DNA from: a virus
Length of the DNA: 64,000 nucleotides
Reading direction: 5' to 3' (one strand)
Virus record (IMG/VR): IMGVR_UViG_3300025168_000044
Coordinates: 26,957 to 90,956 of that record
Shown: positions 1 through 12,500 of the stretch, one piece after another
Numbering within the stretch: the stretch's first letter is position 1
How the letters are laid out: every line of letters starts with the position of its first letter
Notes under the pieces: model-generated
What the model saw: only the letters and a program-made list of their open reading frames with translations
Told to the model about the DNA's origin: nothing
The model's database searches: none
Made by a program: the position numbers and the translations under genes

Positions 1-25
1 AATACTTTGCATTCTTGTAATTCTT

Positions 26-217
26 TCATCTTTTACCCATCACTGCCTGTAACTGCTGAGACAAGCTGGCTTCTTTCCCCTTTCTTGTTGCCGCTTCCGC
101 CGCTATTGCCCTTTCGGTGCTAAGAATGCGCACTAACGTCTCAAACGTCTGCTCTAGGGAATGCAGACGTTGCGATTGCTTTTCAAGGGCATCTAGTAAG
201 GCTTCCTCATTACTCAC
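26..217 (-). CDS. small hypothetical coiled-coil protein
   Basis: 63-aa ORF overlapping the stop of the upstream HTH gene; contains the AATRKGKEA patch shared with 17098..19197. Confidence 0.6.
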   Translation of the reverse strand: MSNEEALLDALEKQSQRLHSLEQTFETLVRILSTERAIAAEAATRKGKEASLSQQLQAVMGKR

Positions 218-488
218 TGGACAGCTCCGCTTGGATATTCATCATCTCTTTCTGATATCGTTTATTCCACGCGTCCCGCATGTGCTTGGTGTTTTCAAAC
301 CTCTTGATCGCAGGCCATTTCTTACAAAACATAAGGATCTTATCCCTTTCAGGCTTTGTAAAAACAGTGGAAGGCCCGATCTTTTTCCCTTTTGGGATTC
401 TCCCATCCCTACGCCATTTGCGCAGTGTCTGACGCGAGAAACCTGTTTCTTCTGATAAATCGGCAACTGAATATAGAGTCTGAGACAA
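210..488 (-). CDS. MerR/Xis-like winged HTH protein (excisionase or Cro-like)
   Basis: TLYSVADLSEETGFSRQTLRKWRRDGRIPKG HTH pattern; divergent from repressor; TTG start after AAGGCG. Confidence 0.75.
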   Translation of the reverse strand: MSQTLYSVADLSEETGFSRQTLRKWRRDGRIPKGKKIGPSTVFTKPERDKILMFCKKWPAIKRFENTKHMRDAWNKRYQKEMMNIQAELSSE

Positions 489-607
489 GATCGCCTTGTA
501 CTTTATGGCTTAAATGCTAATAGCCTGAGTAATGATTGCGTTGTTCTCTAATCGTATTGACTATGATCAGAACAAGGCGTATCAGTTATAAAAATTAATT
601 TATACGC

Positions 608-636
608 AAGATATGCTCATGAACCTAGCAAGTCAA
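608..636 (-). promoter_or_regulatory. sigma70-type leftward promoter for the HTH gene
   Basis: minus strand TTGACT-17 bp-TATCTT in the divergent switch region. Confidence 0.55.
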
Positions 637-704
637 CAGTAATTTTAAAAATTGCAACCGTGCTTCAAATACAGACTTGCATTTATATACATTAAAAGGA
701 ATTT

Positions 705-1319
705 ATGGGTTTTTCTCTTTCAACGAAATGCAGAAGTGGTTTAAGAAAGGCGTTAAAAGTAGAAGGACATTCGCAAAAAAAGGCAGCTGAGGTAACGGGT
801 TTAAATCCAGAAGATGTAAGTAGGCTGCTAAGTGGTTCTGCAGGGGTGGGTGCCGAAAGAGGGAAAATTTTGTGCGATTATTACAGTGTTCCACTAGAAA
901 TTCGTCTCGAAGACGAAGAAACGACTAATTATACTGAAGTACCTTTATATGATCGGCCAATTGTCATGAACAACGGGAAAACAAACCTTGTAGAGACTGT
1001 TGAACTGCCGGAAGCATGGATGCCAAAAAGCGCAGACTCATCTGTCGGGTTAGTAAAAATGGTTGGGGATTCAATGGCGCCTACATTTAATGTCGGAGAC
1101 ATTATTGGGGTGCAGTTTGGGAGTGGTTTCATTGCCAATGGCATGTATGCATGCCGTGTACATGACACCGTCATGATTGCTAAACTGCAAAGGAAGTTTA
1201 ATAGCTTCCGTATCATTTTTGATAACCCACAGTACGAGGACCTTGATTGCAACGATAGCATGAGGGCAGAAGACTTTGAAATTATTGGAAAAGTTAACTA
1301 CGCCGCTAAATTTTTTTAA
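705..1319 (+). CDS. CI-like repressor (XRE HTH + S24 peptidase domain)
   Basis: N-terminal SQKKAAEVTGLNPEDVSRLL HTH; VGDSMAP S24 serine motif; C-terminal EIIGKV. Confidence 0.85.
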   Translation: MGFSLSTKCRSGLRKALKVEGHSQKKAAEVTGLNPEDVSRLLSGSAGVGAERGKILCDYYSVPLEIRLEDEETTNYTEVPLYDRPIVMNNGKTNLVETVELPEAWMPKSADSSVGLVKMVGDSMAPTFNVGDIIGVQFGSGFIANGMYACRVHDTVMIAKLQRKFNSFRIIFDNPQYEDLDCNDSMRAEDFEIIGKVNYAAKFF

Positions 1320-1337
1320 CTTAAACTCAGGACGCAC

Positions 1338-2546
1338 ATGCCACGGAATCAGGTCCCTTACTTTGTGGAGCGAGGGAGTATCTTCGCACGGTTATATGAG
1401 TATCAGGACTCTGGGCAAAGAGCCCCCACAGTAAAAATGTGTTCAACAGAGCAAAGGGATTTTGATCCGTCAGGCAAACGCCGCACTAAAGCACAGGAGG
1501 AAAAGTTTTTGCGGGGGTGTTTAATTGAAGCTACTAAAAAGTTCATTGAAAGAAAGGGAGGAGAAAAAAAGACTGAATCAACGAAGTACAGATGGCTCCA
1601 TGTTGTGCAACTTTTTCTGGATTCTAAAGCACTGACGGATCACAAGGGGGCCTCTACGCAAAAGGGGTATGCTGTTGCTACCCAGCATTTTTATGATTGT
1701 GTTGGAGACATTGACATCTCTGAGATAAAGCTTTTGCACGGGCAGAAATTTGCCGCTCACTTAATTAAAAGGGATGTGGGGCCGTACACCATCAACAGTT
1801 ACATTACGCAAGTAAAAGCCGTCTTGAATTGGGCAGAGGAAAATGAAATTATCTATAAGGCTCCTAAATTTAAAAAGGTTAGAGAGCCTGAGAAAAAACC
1901 GTCTTTTTATTCAATGGAGGCCATTCACAAACTACAAAAGTATATAGAAGAGCTCATAAATAGTGACCCCAAATGGAAGGCTGATCGTATGCAGCATCTT
2001 CGGGCTATGTTTATGATGTGGGGAACGGGATGCAGGGTAGGAGAAGCTATGTATTTACCACTGAAGCGCATTAACCTTGAAACAGGCCAAATCTGGATTG
2101 CTCCAGTTAAAAACGACTTTGATACGGTTATCTGGCGCCCCAAAAAAGATATAGAAAGATATTATCCAATGGGCGATAGCCTAATTGAATTTTTGCAAAA
2201 AGATTCGGCTCTAAGACCGCCTAAAGAAAAATTTTACCTAGACAGTGGGTATGGGACTCCACGGTATCGGGCGGCAACCACTCTGGCTCATGCTTTTAAA
2301 AAGTATCAGATAAAACTTGGGATCGCTGGCCCCACAGGTAGACGCCCCAAGGCTAATCACGGCTTTAGAGCTACTACTGCGACCTTAATGTTACGAGGTG
2401 GGGTTGACTCCTATGTCGCAATGAAAACCATAGGGCACAAAAAGATTTCCACAACTGAACATTATATGAGCGAGGACCTTGATTTACGGAAAAAGGCCAT
2501 CAATGTTGTTGATCAGCAGTACAAGGATAAAAAAACCGACCCTTAA
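1338..2546 (+). CDS. int: tyrosine integrase
   Basis: catalytic R (GCRVGEA), HxxR (HGFRAT), H (IGH), Y (TTEHY); SAM-like core-binding region; attP nearby. Confidence 0.92.
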   Translation: MPRNQVPYFVERGSIFARLYEYQDSGQRAPTVKMCSTEQRDFDPSGKRRTKAQEEKFLRGCLIEATKKFIERKGGEKKTESTKYRWLHVVQLFLDSKALTDHKGASTQKGYAVATQHFYDCVGDIDISEIKLLHGQKFAAHLIKRDVGPYTINSYITQVKAVLNWAEENEIIYKAPKFKKVREPEKKPSFYSMEAIHKLQKYIEELINSDPKWKADRMQHLRAMFMMWGTGCRVGEAMYLPLKRINLETGQIWIAPVKNDFDTVIWRPKKDIERYYPMGDSLIEFLQKDSALRPPKEKFYLDSGYGTPRYRAATTLAHAFKKYQIKLGIAGPTGRRPKANHGFRATTATLMLRGGVDSYVAMKTIGHKKISTTEHYMSEDLDLRKKAINVVDQQYKDKKTDP

Positions 2547-2573
2547 ATTTTTGTTTAGGAGATAACCTAGGGC

Positions 2574-2897
2574 ATGATTTTAGAACCACATCCTGGCTTA
2601 AAAAACTCGTCAAAGGCCCATCGGTTTAAGAAGTGTCTTGTCGGCGAACAGTTTGGACGGTGGAAGGTTTTGTTAAGGGCTCCTGACATAGACTATCACA
2701 TAGTCTACTGGTGCCAATGCCAGTGCGGATTCATTGGCAGAGTACAAAAAAGGTCTTTAGCTTCTGGCAAAAGTAGGAGCTGCGGATGTTTAAAAAGTGA
2801 ACTGAATCGTAAAGAGTTCAAGTTTAGATGGGAAAATGGCTTTCATAAAAATGGGAAGCTAACTCCTATAAAAAAAAGTAGCCCAGAATCCGATTGA
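2574..2897 (+). CDS. stand-alone Cys/Zn-finger protein (WxCxCxCG...SCGC, like the N-terminal domain of HNH/AP2 homing endonucleases)
   Basis: GEQFGRW, YWCQCQCG, SGKSRSCGC; AGGAG RBS; homolog of 39866..40171. Confidence 0.8.
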   Translation: MILEPHPGLKNSSKAHRFKKCLVGEQFGRWKVLLRAPDIDYHIVYWCQCQCGFIGRVQKRSLASGKSRSCGCLKSELNRKEFKFRWENGFHKNGKLTPIKKSSPESD

Positions 2898-2928
2898 AAG
2901 GTTATCTGAGCGGATCGGGTCCCTGATC

Positions 2929-3306
2929 CTACCGCTTCCAAAAACGTGTGATACCCCGTACACCAAATGCTGCTGCCACAACTGTGGCAAACATGGCTTT
3001 ATACCAATCAGGTACGGCCTCTAAATTTTGAAACCCTACCCGAACCAGCTCCTCGCAACCAGGAACCCAGCACAGGATTAGCGGGATTGACAGCACAATA
3101 GTCAGGTACTCGTCTTTCCAGCTCGACTCTGAATTCCGCATCGCCGCCAGATCCCAATCGCTTTCGCTTAAAGATTTTCGCTCAAAAACTCTTGCCTCAG
3201 CAATCTTGTAAGCAACTTCTGCTTGTGCCTTGGCTTTGCTTTTTTCTTGGTGATTGTCGATGAAGCCAGTGGCTAAGTCAAAAACTTTGGGGATCAATGA
3301 CCACAT
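2929..3306 (-). CDS. membrane protein, 3TM-holin-like
   Basis: SSWKDEYLTIVLSIPLILCW and PDWY...VVAAAFGVRG motifs; hydrophobic segments; basic C-terminus. Confidence 0.65.
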   Translation of the reverse strand: MWSLIPKVFDLATGFIDNHQEKSKAKAQAEVAYKIAEARVFERKSLSESDWDLAAMRNSESSWKDEYLTIVLSIPLILCWVPGCEELVRVGFQNLEAVPDWYKAMFATVVAAAFGVRGITRFWKR

Positions 3307-3311
3307 TTTAT

Positions 3312-3526
3312 TACCGATGAAATGCCGATAAATTTAGGAAATTGCTCTGAGGCTGTCCTAAATGCTGGCCTTGCATATGACTGTTAATCAATGGGTCCCT
3401 GGTTCGAGTCCAGGTTGGGGAGCCAACAAAATCAGGCACTTAGCTACTCTTGAGGGGTGTAAAATTAAAAACCGTGAAAAACCGGCGCAGTAAATATGCG
3501 GCCTGAAAGACCGGCCAATCACCGGC
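3312..3526. promoter_or_regulatory. putative integrase arm-type sites flanking the att core
   Basis: ACCGGC at 3481, 3510, 3521; inverted near-copies TACCGAT 3312 and TGCCGAT 3323; pairs 11 bp apart. Confidence 0.5.
3378..3425 (+). mobile_element. attP core: 3' half of tRNA-Asn(GTT)
   Basis: TGACTGTTAATCA anticodon loop, CCTGGTTCGAGTCCAGG T-arm, GGGGAGCCA acceptor end; no D-arm or 5' acceptor strand upstream; phage genes on both sides. Confidence 0.85.
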
Positions 3527-3530
3527 AAAA

Positions 3531-6500
3531 TTAATCAGTAATTGTGGCTGGGAGAGGCCGAGCAGTTCCCAGCAACTTTTCGTACTGTTTCATAATCGCT
3601 TTGGTAAAGTATTCGTTCTTTTCCCTTATTCGCTCAATTTTTTCTTCATCACTTAAATTTTGATTGCCAGCAATTTTTTGTGATTCTCTTACTTGTCGTG
3701 ATTTTAATTGACCGAGCTTATAGCTTTGCAGTTCAATGTTTCGGCGTTGAGCATTTAGTGGATCTACACTGTAAAGGTTGGCCCCTGCAAAGGTGCGCCC
3801 CAAAGATTGGCCCAGTGTGCGCTTAGGCTGGCCTTCACTGTCTACTAAAGTGCTTTCATCATATAACATTGGGATCATCCCTTCTGCTGACAAAGCATCA
3901 ATGAGCTGCCTGATCACGCCGCCCGTGGAGGGTATGGGCACATCACTATCTGAGGTAATATATTTATGTGCCTCATCAATCATGCCTCGCAAAATTGCAG
4001 GCTGAAGCTGGTTAGATAACCAAACCGATCTTTGTACATCCTGGTCTTCTTCTGGCAAATAATCGTCAATGAACTTCCGTTTAGTAAAAGGATCTACACC
4101 TGTTCGGTAGCCTGCTACTAGATTCAACAAAAAGCTTTGAAGAATACCTGATTGAGCTGCGGCGCTGTCAACATTACCTCGGCTTAATTCTTCTGCCGCT
4201 CTGGTATACATGCCCCAAGGGATGTAGTACGTCTGATCAATGAGTTGAAAGCGGTCCATGCTGTCTTTAAATGGGAACAAGGCCAGCGATGGGTTCTTTT
4301 CTGCCCATTCACCTCTAGCTTTTTTGAGCGCCTCGACTGAATCTTCTTCATCCTCTTCAAACATTTCCTCTATGGTTTGCTTAAAGCCAAACTGTATTAT
4401 TTTGCTGAGAGTATTAAAGAGCTTGTACTGCCATGCTAGCAACAGCAAGGATCGACGGCCTACCCCTGCAGGGTCGCGTTTTAAAGCTCTTGGGAAAGTT
4501 TCCAGAACCTTAGCAGTATAGGTTATAAAGGCAGCCCCTAGCGGAGAGGTTCTTGTGGTGCGAACCCACGGGCGCACCAGCGAGTAATCAAACAAAGCAT
4601 CCTCTGCCAGCCTGACCGCTTCCTCCTCACTTAGCCCCTTTTCTTCCATTGCATACATGACCACGCTCATCTTATCCATGAACTCCATGTTCTGGTAGAT
4701 AAAGCCTCCCTTGTCTACAATGTACTTGTTCCAAAGGTTTGCTAGATGCAGGTAGTAAATTTCGGCTGCAGAAAAGTCCTTGAATTCTTCAATAGGCAGC
4801 CCTGTCATTTCTGACAGCTCTCGCTTTTCGGCTGGAGAAAGTTTATTCTTTTGCGTCTTGAGCTTGATTTGAAACTCAGCAACTTCCTGCCGAATGCGTT
4901 TTAGCTCCTGATTAGAAAACGTCCCAACACCTAAGCCATACTTTTCAAAAATCTCCTTATACTGCCGGTCTTTTTGATTGGCATCATTACTGAGCAAACT
5001 CTGAACAGCTCGGATATTATAGCTTAAAGCATTTACACCCAATTTCCTTGTGTTGATAGGGAATGGTGGCATTCCTGTGATCACATACATCCAGAGCTTG
5101 TTGGAAACAAAGTTCCTAGCCATCGACGGTGGGTTGAGGGCTACACTGAACAGCTTTTGGTAGCGCTGGTACTTTGCCGCAACACTGTCATCGCCAAAAA
5201 GAAACTTTGTCATGAAGTCATCTTTGCCTGGCTCAATTTGCGTGAAGCCTACGATGTCATCATAAATCTCCTGCTTCACCCACATCCCACGAAGAGCCCC
5301 ATAGCGTTTGTCCTTTGGCATCTTTGCCCAGCCTTCAAAAGCAGTGGCACTTTCATCAGTGGGTAACCCCATTCGGCCCAATGCTTCTCGCTTGTAGTCA
5401 TCCATGCGCTTGGTCAGGGTGTAAAGAGCCTGCTGGTACTTTGCGCTTTTCGTTGGAGCAATCTGGTCTCGGATCCTTTGGGCTTCTTCACTCAGGTAGC
5501 TGGCTGTCACATCGTAGCCTCGCATCCCTATAATTGGATCCAAGACTTTCAGCATTTCAACCAAGGCAGCTGTTTCTAAATTGTTCGATAGCCATGATGC
5601 AGCAGCTCGTTGCTTTTCATTAGCCTGAATGGGTTGTTGTTGATCTAATGCCAGCACCACAATTGGTTCCAACCCCTTAGCCCTTCGCTTTAAGCGCCGT
5701 TGGTTTCTGAAAGGCCGGTCAGGGTCTGTGCGCTCCAGCTCTGTTTGGAGGCGAGTAAACTGGCTGCGGATATAGCTCCATAGCTTTTGCTCTGCCAAGG
5801 CGGCTTCCACCTGAGCAGGTTGGCCGGTATCAGTTTCCAACATCGACTGCTGCCCAGCAGAAATTGCTCTTTGGTCATCAACATTCTGAGAAAGTTTAGC
5901 GCTGGTCCCAGAAATCCAATCGCCGAAGATATCAAGGACACTGAGCAAGTTCGATGGGATAATCTGAGGTTCCAACTCATGCAAACGGAGGTTTTGTGAT
6001 AGCTGAATAGCCTCCTCCTGCGTCATTTGATTTGCATCCAGCATCTCATTGATGATCTGTTGCATCTCATCATGGAGACTAAAGCCCGTAAATTGATCCT
6101 GCAAAGTCCAGGCAGGGTTTTCTGCCAAAGATTGAAAGTATTCGAGCAAGGCAATGTCACGGCCCACGGTTCCAACACTTTGAGCTGCTAAGAATGCGGG
6201 ATCTTTCACAATGCCCAAAATCTCTTGGACTAATAAATCTGTTGGGTTGTCCCCAGTGAGCTTCCTGCGATTGGTGTAGTTCAACGGTGAGGGCTTGCGG
6301 CCAGTGGATAGAACCGCATTGACTTCATCGGGTAGGAGGTACTTCAAATAAACTTGAGGCAAATACTTGAAGCGATACTTCTCATAGGACTCTTGGGGAA
6401 TCTGCCCAAGGTCTACCAGCTGCTGCCCTAAGTCATCAATCTCATCTCTGGTCTTGACCGCTATCGCACGATCACTCTCAATGGTCACAGATTCTTCAGG

Positions 6501-9500
6501 CAACCCCTGCGTCAGCATCTCGTAAATTTCAGTCGGGGTTTCAGCTGTGCGGATACCATCATAGATTTCCCGCTGAACGCGCTCGGCCTTCTGGATCTTA
6601 CCTTTTGCCAAATTTCTAAGTGTCAGCAGCTCGTCACGATGCTTGACATAAGCAAAGGGGTCAACAAAGCCGCTTACCCCGCTGGCAATCCGCTTGATGC
6701 GGTAAATCAGCTTGGCTGGGTCAAACAGGTTTTCAAAGAAATTGATATTGGTAAATTTTTTACCAAGGCTTTGCTTCTCTTCTTCATTGAGAGGCCGTCT
6801 ACCTCTGGGTCTGAGGCTAAACAGCTCATCTCGCTTTGTATCAATCACTCGGTAATCCTCATTGGTAAAGAGGATCCCACGGTTAATTTCAGGTTCAATC
6901 TTTGGAATGGAGGGTAGTGCGTTCAGCTGCGTTTCATATTCGGCAAATGAAGCCAGATTTGCCGAGTTGGTTTCCGAAACCGTCCTTTTATTTATGCCAA
7001 CATTGACATCACTGGCAACTGCCTCATAGTTCTTGGCGATCTTGCCTAGATGGTTTGGATAGCGCTGGTCATAAAATAGCCTTGTGCCTTCTTGAGCACC
7101 TGCTGCAGTAAGATTGTTACGAATGGTTTGATCGCCAGAGGATAAAACTATGCCATCGTAGCCTTCTCGCGCAGCCAGCTTCGTAATGAACTCCAAGCCT
7201 CGACGCCACCAGTTTTCCTGCAGAAAGTTTGGAGGCACACCCGAATTGTTCCGTTTGTCTTTAATTTCACCTACTTTATCCGACAGAGCCTTAATCTCAG
7301 AGTCTGCTGCTGCAAATAAATCAGCTGCTCTTGCATCATATGGTGCTGCATCATCCTGTCGGCCCATTTCATTGATAATGGCCCTGTTTAATCTGCCAAT
7401 GTCTTGATTGACAATGGCCCCATTACCATAGACTGCTCTGATTTGATCCAAAGTTAGTGGATTACTATCCCTCAGCATATGCTGGACAAAATCCTCAGAG
7501 TCTACAAATTTGTCAAAGAATGTGCGTATTGTGCGTAGCCGAAAAACATCCTGCATTTTCGCCACATCCCAAGGGTTCATTCGCTGATACCTTAAAACTT
7601 CTTCATCTGTGAGAGGCTTCAAGTTTTCATTCAATTGAAAAAATTCATCAGCATCAATTCTGTCACGGCCTTGCTCTACTATAAATCTTCTTTCGCCTTC
7701 AATAAAGTTTGGGCCAGACTCTGCCTCATACGGTGCACCCCTAGTCATTACCGCACTTTGAAAGTACGGGTTACTAAACTCGTAGGAAAACAATTCGGTT
7801 AAAATAACATTCGCAGATTTTTCAAATTGTGAATTGCTTGACAAAGATATGTCCCTTGCAGCAGCAAGTTTCCTGTCTAGTTCGTTTTCGGCATTTTCTC
7901 GAGCATTTTGAATATCTTGATCTGAAGGTCTTGGCGCAATTCGGTTGTCAACATACTCCTGGTACACTTGGCCTAGATTGTTAAAAAGTTCCTGCTGCCT
8001 AAGTTTAATAGAAGTTTCCGTTTGGATTTGATCTTCTAACAACTGTTTGCTTTCTCCAGAACTTAGAGGCTCATTGCCGAATTTTCTTCCTTGCTGGAAA
8101 CGGTCAGATTGCAGTTGATCCATAAATAAAACTTTTTCACCATCTGAAGTCCTGCGATCCTGCACCAAAAAGAAGAAAAGCGAATTGGGAACTGGGAAAT
8201 GGTCCCCTTGGATGGTGTAATCATACTTGGGTTGGTTCTGTTCCATATTTTTATGGACAAGCACGATTTGCCGGTAGTTACTGCCCCCAGGTTCCTGACT
8301 TAAAACGTACTCTGATTCCGCAGAAGTATGCACAAGCACTTCAGGGATAGCCGCATTTTTGGCTACTTCTTCCACAACGATGGGCCGGTTGGGGTTGCCA
8401 TCGACAAACGTCTCTTTATCACCAAACAGCGTTTGCACTTCTTGCGTAGGGCGGCGGCTCATTGCCACCCGCTTGCTTCGAGCCATGTCAATCAGCCGGT
8501 CATACGCGTTCCCTGCTGGCATTCCGTCATAAATGTATTGTTGCCGGTGTTTGCCTCGGGCCTTGAGGAATTTGCTTTCACTTGCAAAGTCGGCGCGTAC
8601 CGGCTCAGGGGGCAGATCCTGCAGAACCTCAACGAGCTTGCTTTCAAACATCGGGCGGTCTACGTTACGCCTTTCGCCGGTCTTTGGATCCGTCACCTTA
8701 ATGCCAGCAACTAAAGGCTGATCGACAATGTTGCTTGGATCAAAAGTGCGCCTTAGCGAAAATAATTTTCCTCCTTCGTCAACAGGCTTCGTTAAGTTCC
8801 TTTGGTCTGTGGGCAATCCCTTTACAGCATTTTTAGCCAAAACCAGCGCACCTACCTGAATAACTTCATCAGCGGTATTTAGAGGCATCCCATCAGTTTT
8901 GTCATAAAACCAAGAGTACCTATGTGGCTTATACCCAACTTGAGTCCAAGTGCTACCATCGGCATCACGGTAAGTAGCCTTCCCTAGCGGGTTGTCCATT
9001 ATGCTGACGGCTTGATTATATAAAGCTTCGGGGTCTTCATTGACAAATGTCCCATTGATTAAGGCAAAAGGAGATTTGGCCGCCTCCCCCATTGCTACCT
9101 GCAATGCTTTCTTGGCAATGTTGTCAGCTCCAAAAGTCACATCAGTGATCTTGGCTGCCTTGCCATAGCCTATTGGTGCCCCGCTGCTATCGTGAATTGT
9201 TGGGGTGTATACTCCATAAGACTTATAGCTTGGAATGTCTAAACGCAGCCCAACGCGAATCCCGTCAATTATAAATTTTGTAAGACCTATAAGACCCTTG
9301 TTACCTTTTAGTTTATTGCTATCAAGGGCGTTTACATGGTCGCTCCAAGGCCGTATGGACGGCGTGCTTTCTAGTGGTACTATTGGGTCAAATTCCCTTA
9401 CGGCTGCTAAATATTTTTGTTGAGCTGCAAGCATCTTCGCTTCTGTTTCGTATTGGGCCTGTCCATACTTTCTTGCTGCCTCAATCAATTGTGGCGATGG

Positions 9501-12500
9501 GTCTTCAAGAAATTTCCCTTTGTTTGCGGACTTCCACGCAGTAACTGCTTCTTCAGATGTGTCTGCAGCAGCAAGGTTCCGTTCGTAGCTAGGGGCGCCT
9601 TCAACACCTACCTGGGGCTTGCGCCTTAGCGAGAACAACGCCCCCTGGCTTGGGTCTTCCAGCACAGACTCATCAACAGAAAAAAAGTTCTCAACTAGCT
9701 TTTCATAGCCTAGTGGAGATTCATCTACTAAGTCTGTTGCATACAGTTTTAAATGCTCATAGAACTTATCAAACTTCTTGCGCATTGAAGTAATGCTGGC
9801 CTTGCGAGTATTGCCCCGCATACTGCGCACCAGTATTCTTTGAGCCTTATCCTTAAAAGGCATCAATTCCCCGATGTTGCTAAAATCTTCAGCAGCAGCA
9901 GGGTTTTTTTCTAGGTCGTTATATACTGCTTCTGCTTCTCGCCAATCTTGATAGATCCTATCTGTCAACCCTTGCAGCTCTTGCTTTAGGTTTTGATTCA
10001 GCTGCATCGCATCAACGGCTTGTAGCAAGTTTAGGCGTTTGGGCACACTATCTCTTAGAGCGCCAACTTGTGCTGGGATTTCAGTAGCAAGTGAGATTTG
10101 GTCAACCAGCTCCTTGGGGTACGCTTTGGTAAAGAGTGCTAGTGTAAAAATCTTTTCACCCTCTTTTGTAAGCCCTCCATCTTCAGTAAAGTAAAGTTTG
10201 TATTCAGTGGCGTTTGGCACAAGCGCTTGAATCCGCTCTCGCACACCTTTTCTGGTGATTGCTAACCCATCTTCAGTAATAAGGCTTTGGACATCAATGC
10301 TGTTCATCTGGTTGCCCAGATCCCTTGCCTTCTCTGCCAGAGACAGCACCTCGACTTGGGGCTTGTTCTCAATGTTTGCAATTTTTTCAATAGTGCCTTG
10401 GGGCAGATCCTCGGTAAAGCGCCGCACCATGATAAGCCGTGTGCCATTGGCCTTGGCTTCATTGATCCGCTCCAACACGGTGCTAGGGCTAAAGCCTAAG
10501 CCTTCTGCTCTTTCCAGCAGTTCGTCCTCGTAGTTTTGCCAGAACTGGCTTTCTCGCTGGTTCTCTTGATTTGTGGCTTGTTCAGCAAGATACTTTAGGG
10601 CTCTAGAGCGATTATTGCCACTGAGGACTGCGCCCTGGTTGTTGATGATGGGGGCTCCCATGCCAGGGTCAGGGCTGTTTCCTAAGAAGCGAGTCTCGTC
10701 AGGCTCCCCGATAATCTCACGCAGCTTGGGATCTGCCTGCAAAGAAGTCCGGTCCCTAGGCTGCACTCCAGCAGCTCTGGCAAAATCTGGGTTGATGGAG
10801 CCATCCAACTCATTGCTAATAAATATGTCATCGACATTGACCAAAGCCACCTGAGCTGGGGCATTTTCACTGACTGCTGCAATGTCTCTTGGGATATTGG
10901 CCTCAACGCCGCCATCGACTTGGACAGGAGTGGGGGTGATTGTGGGGGGGGTTAAAGCTAGCGGTTGTTCTGTGGGATTAACAAACGCTGATAATATTGC
11001 TTCTCTGCCACGTTGGACAATGCTGAAAACTTCTTGCTTAAGTTCTTTTTTGCCGCTTGGCAATAAAGGTGAAACACTACTGTCAGCCAAAACATTAAAG
11101 TCCTCAGCTCCTCGACGTTTTGCAATGATTTCACCTACACGGGAATAAGCCGATTGCATTACTTCTGGAGAATCCAAGTTTACTTCAAGGTTCTTACCTG
11201 ATAAATACATCCCAACAGCATCTCCCCTAAAATCTAGCTCAAATGTTTCCAAAATAGCGTTGGCAAGCTCATCATCCCGAAGAGCATTGCGAACACTTTG
11301 CTCTATAGGTTGCCTACCCATTTCATACTCAACCCGATCCATTGCAATGCGGCTATCAAGCAGAGACTTAGCCTTTTGAAGATCCTTTTTGTTAATTGTT
11401 TTTTCAATTTCATTAATACGAACATCTTCATTCAGTTGTTTTGCTACTTCGTATTCTGATTTTTTTGCAAACCAATCACTCCCATATTTAGCAACCATTT
11501 GGTCATCAAAATCATCAATGCTTTGTTGAAGAGTTTTACCTTCTGCTTGCAGTTTAGCTAATTTTTTCTCACTTTTAGTTCGATAAAAACCAGCGGTAAA
11601 ATTGGTTGGCTTAAGCTCTTCCTCTATATTGAACAATTCAACGGCACGGCGTAACAGCTGAATTTGAGCCTGCCTTTGCTCTTCGCTGTCTCTTTCAACC
11701 CGCTGACCATTTACCCTAATTTTACTTTCATAATACCCTGTTAAATAGGCATCAAACGCCAAATTCCCAATTGCTTTTGGAGTAGTAAACTCAGCAAGGT
11801 CAAAATTAAGCAGGGCTGTGTAGTTTGTCCCACTTGCTTTTTCTATGCTTTTTGCTTTTGCAACTTCATACCTTATAGAGTTTTGATGTGCAGCATCCAT
11901 TGGCTCCAGCACCACATCAAGCTGTCCATCCTGCAGACTCAAGCGACCGACCGCCTCGGTTTTGCCAAACAGCCCTGTTGGCATAATGTTGCGCAACCTC
12001 ACCAGCTCAGAGTTGTTTTGTTCAGAAACTAAAATTTCTGCAATTTGCGGGGCTACCGGACGGCCTTGCGGATCAACAACAGGGTCATCCCCTAGATGTG
12101 TATTGAATTCAGCAATCAGCTCTTCTGGACTTAGCAGGTAGTTAAAAAACTTTACATCAGGTTTTTCTTCCTGCTGCATGGCTGCATCCACTTTAGATCG
12201 CAAGCCTGGATAAAGAAAATCTTCAATCTGTTGCAGCTCTTCATCAATGTCAGGTAATTGATTAATGCGATCACCGACAAGACTATGAGTGGCATGACCC
12301 AATTCATGCAGAATGACATGAGCAATTTCTGTGTTGTCAGCATCCAGTGCAAAATCTAGATCAAGGCCAACTCCACCATTAAAATGCGCTCCGTTCCAAG
12401 TATAACTTCTTTCATGCAGCCGAATGTTCCCTAATTGGTTGCCATAGCGGTCCACAACCTTCTGTTCAGGATTTTCAACAACTGGCTTGGTTTCATTGTA

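Noticed and set aside
3350-3425. complete tRNA-Asn gene
   Set aside because: No D-arm or 5' acceptor strand and only 3 bp of anticodon stem; fits an att core
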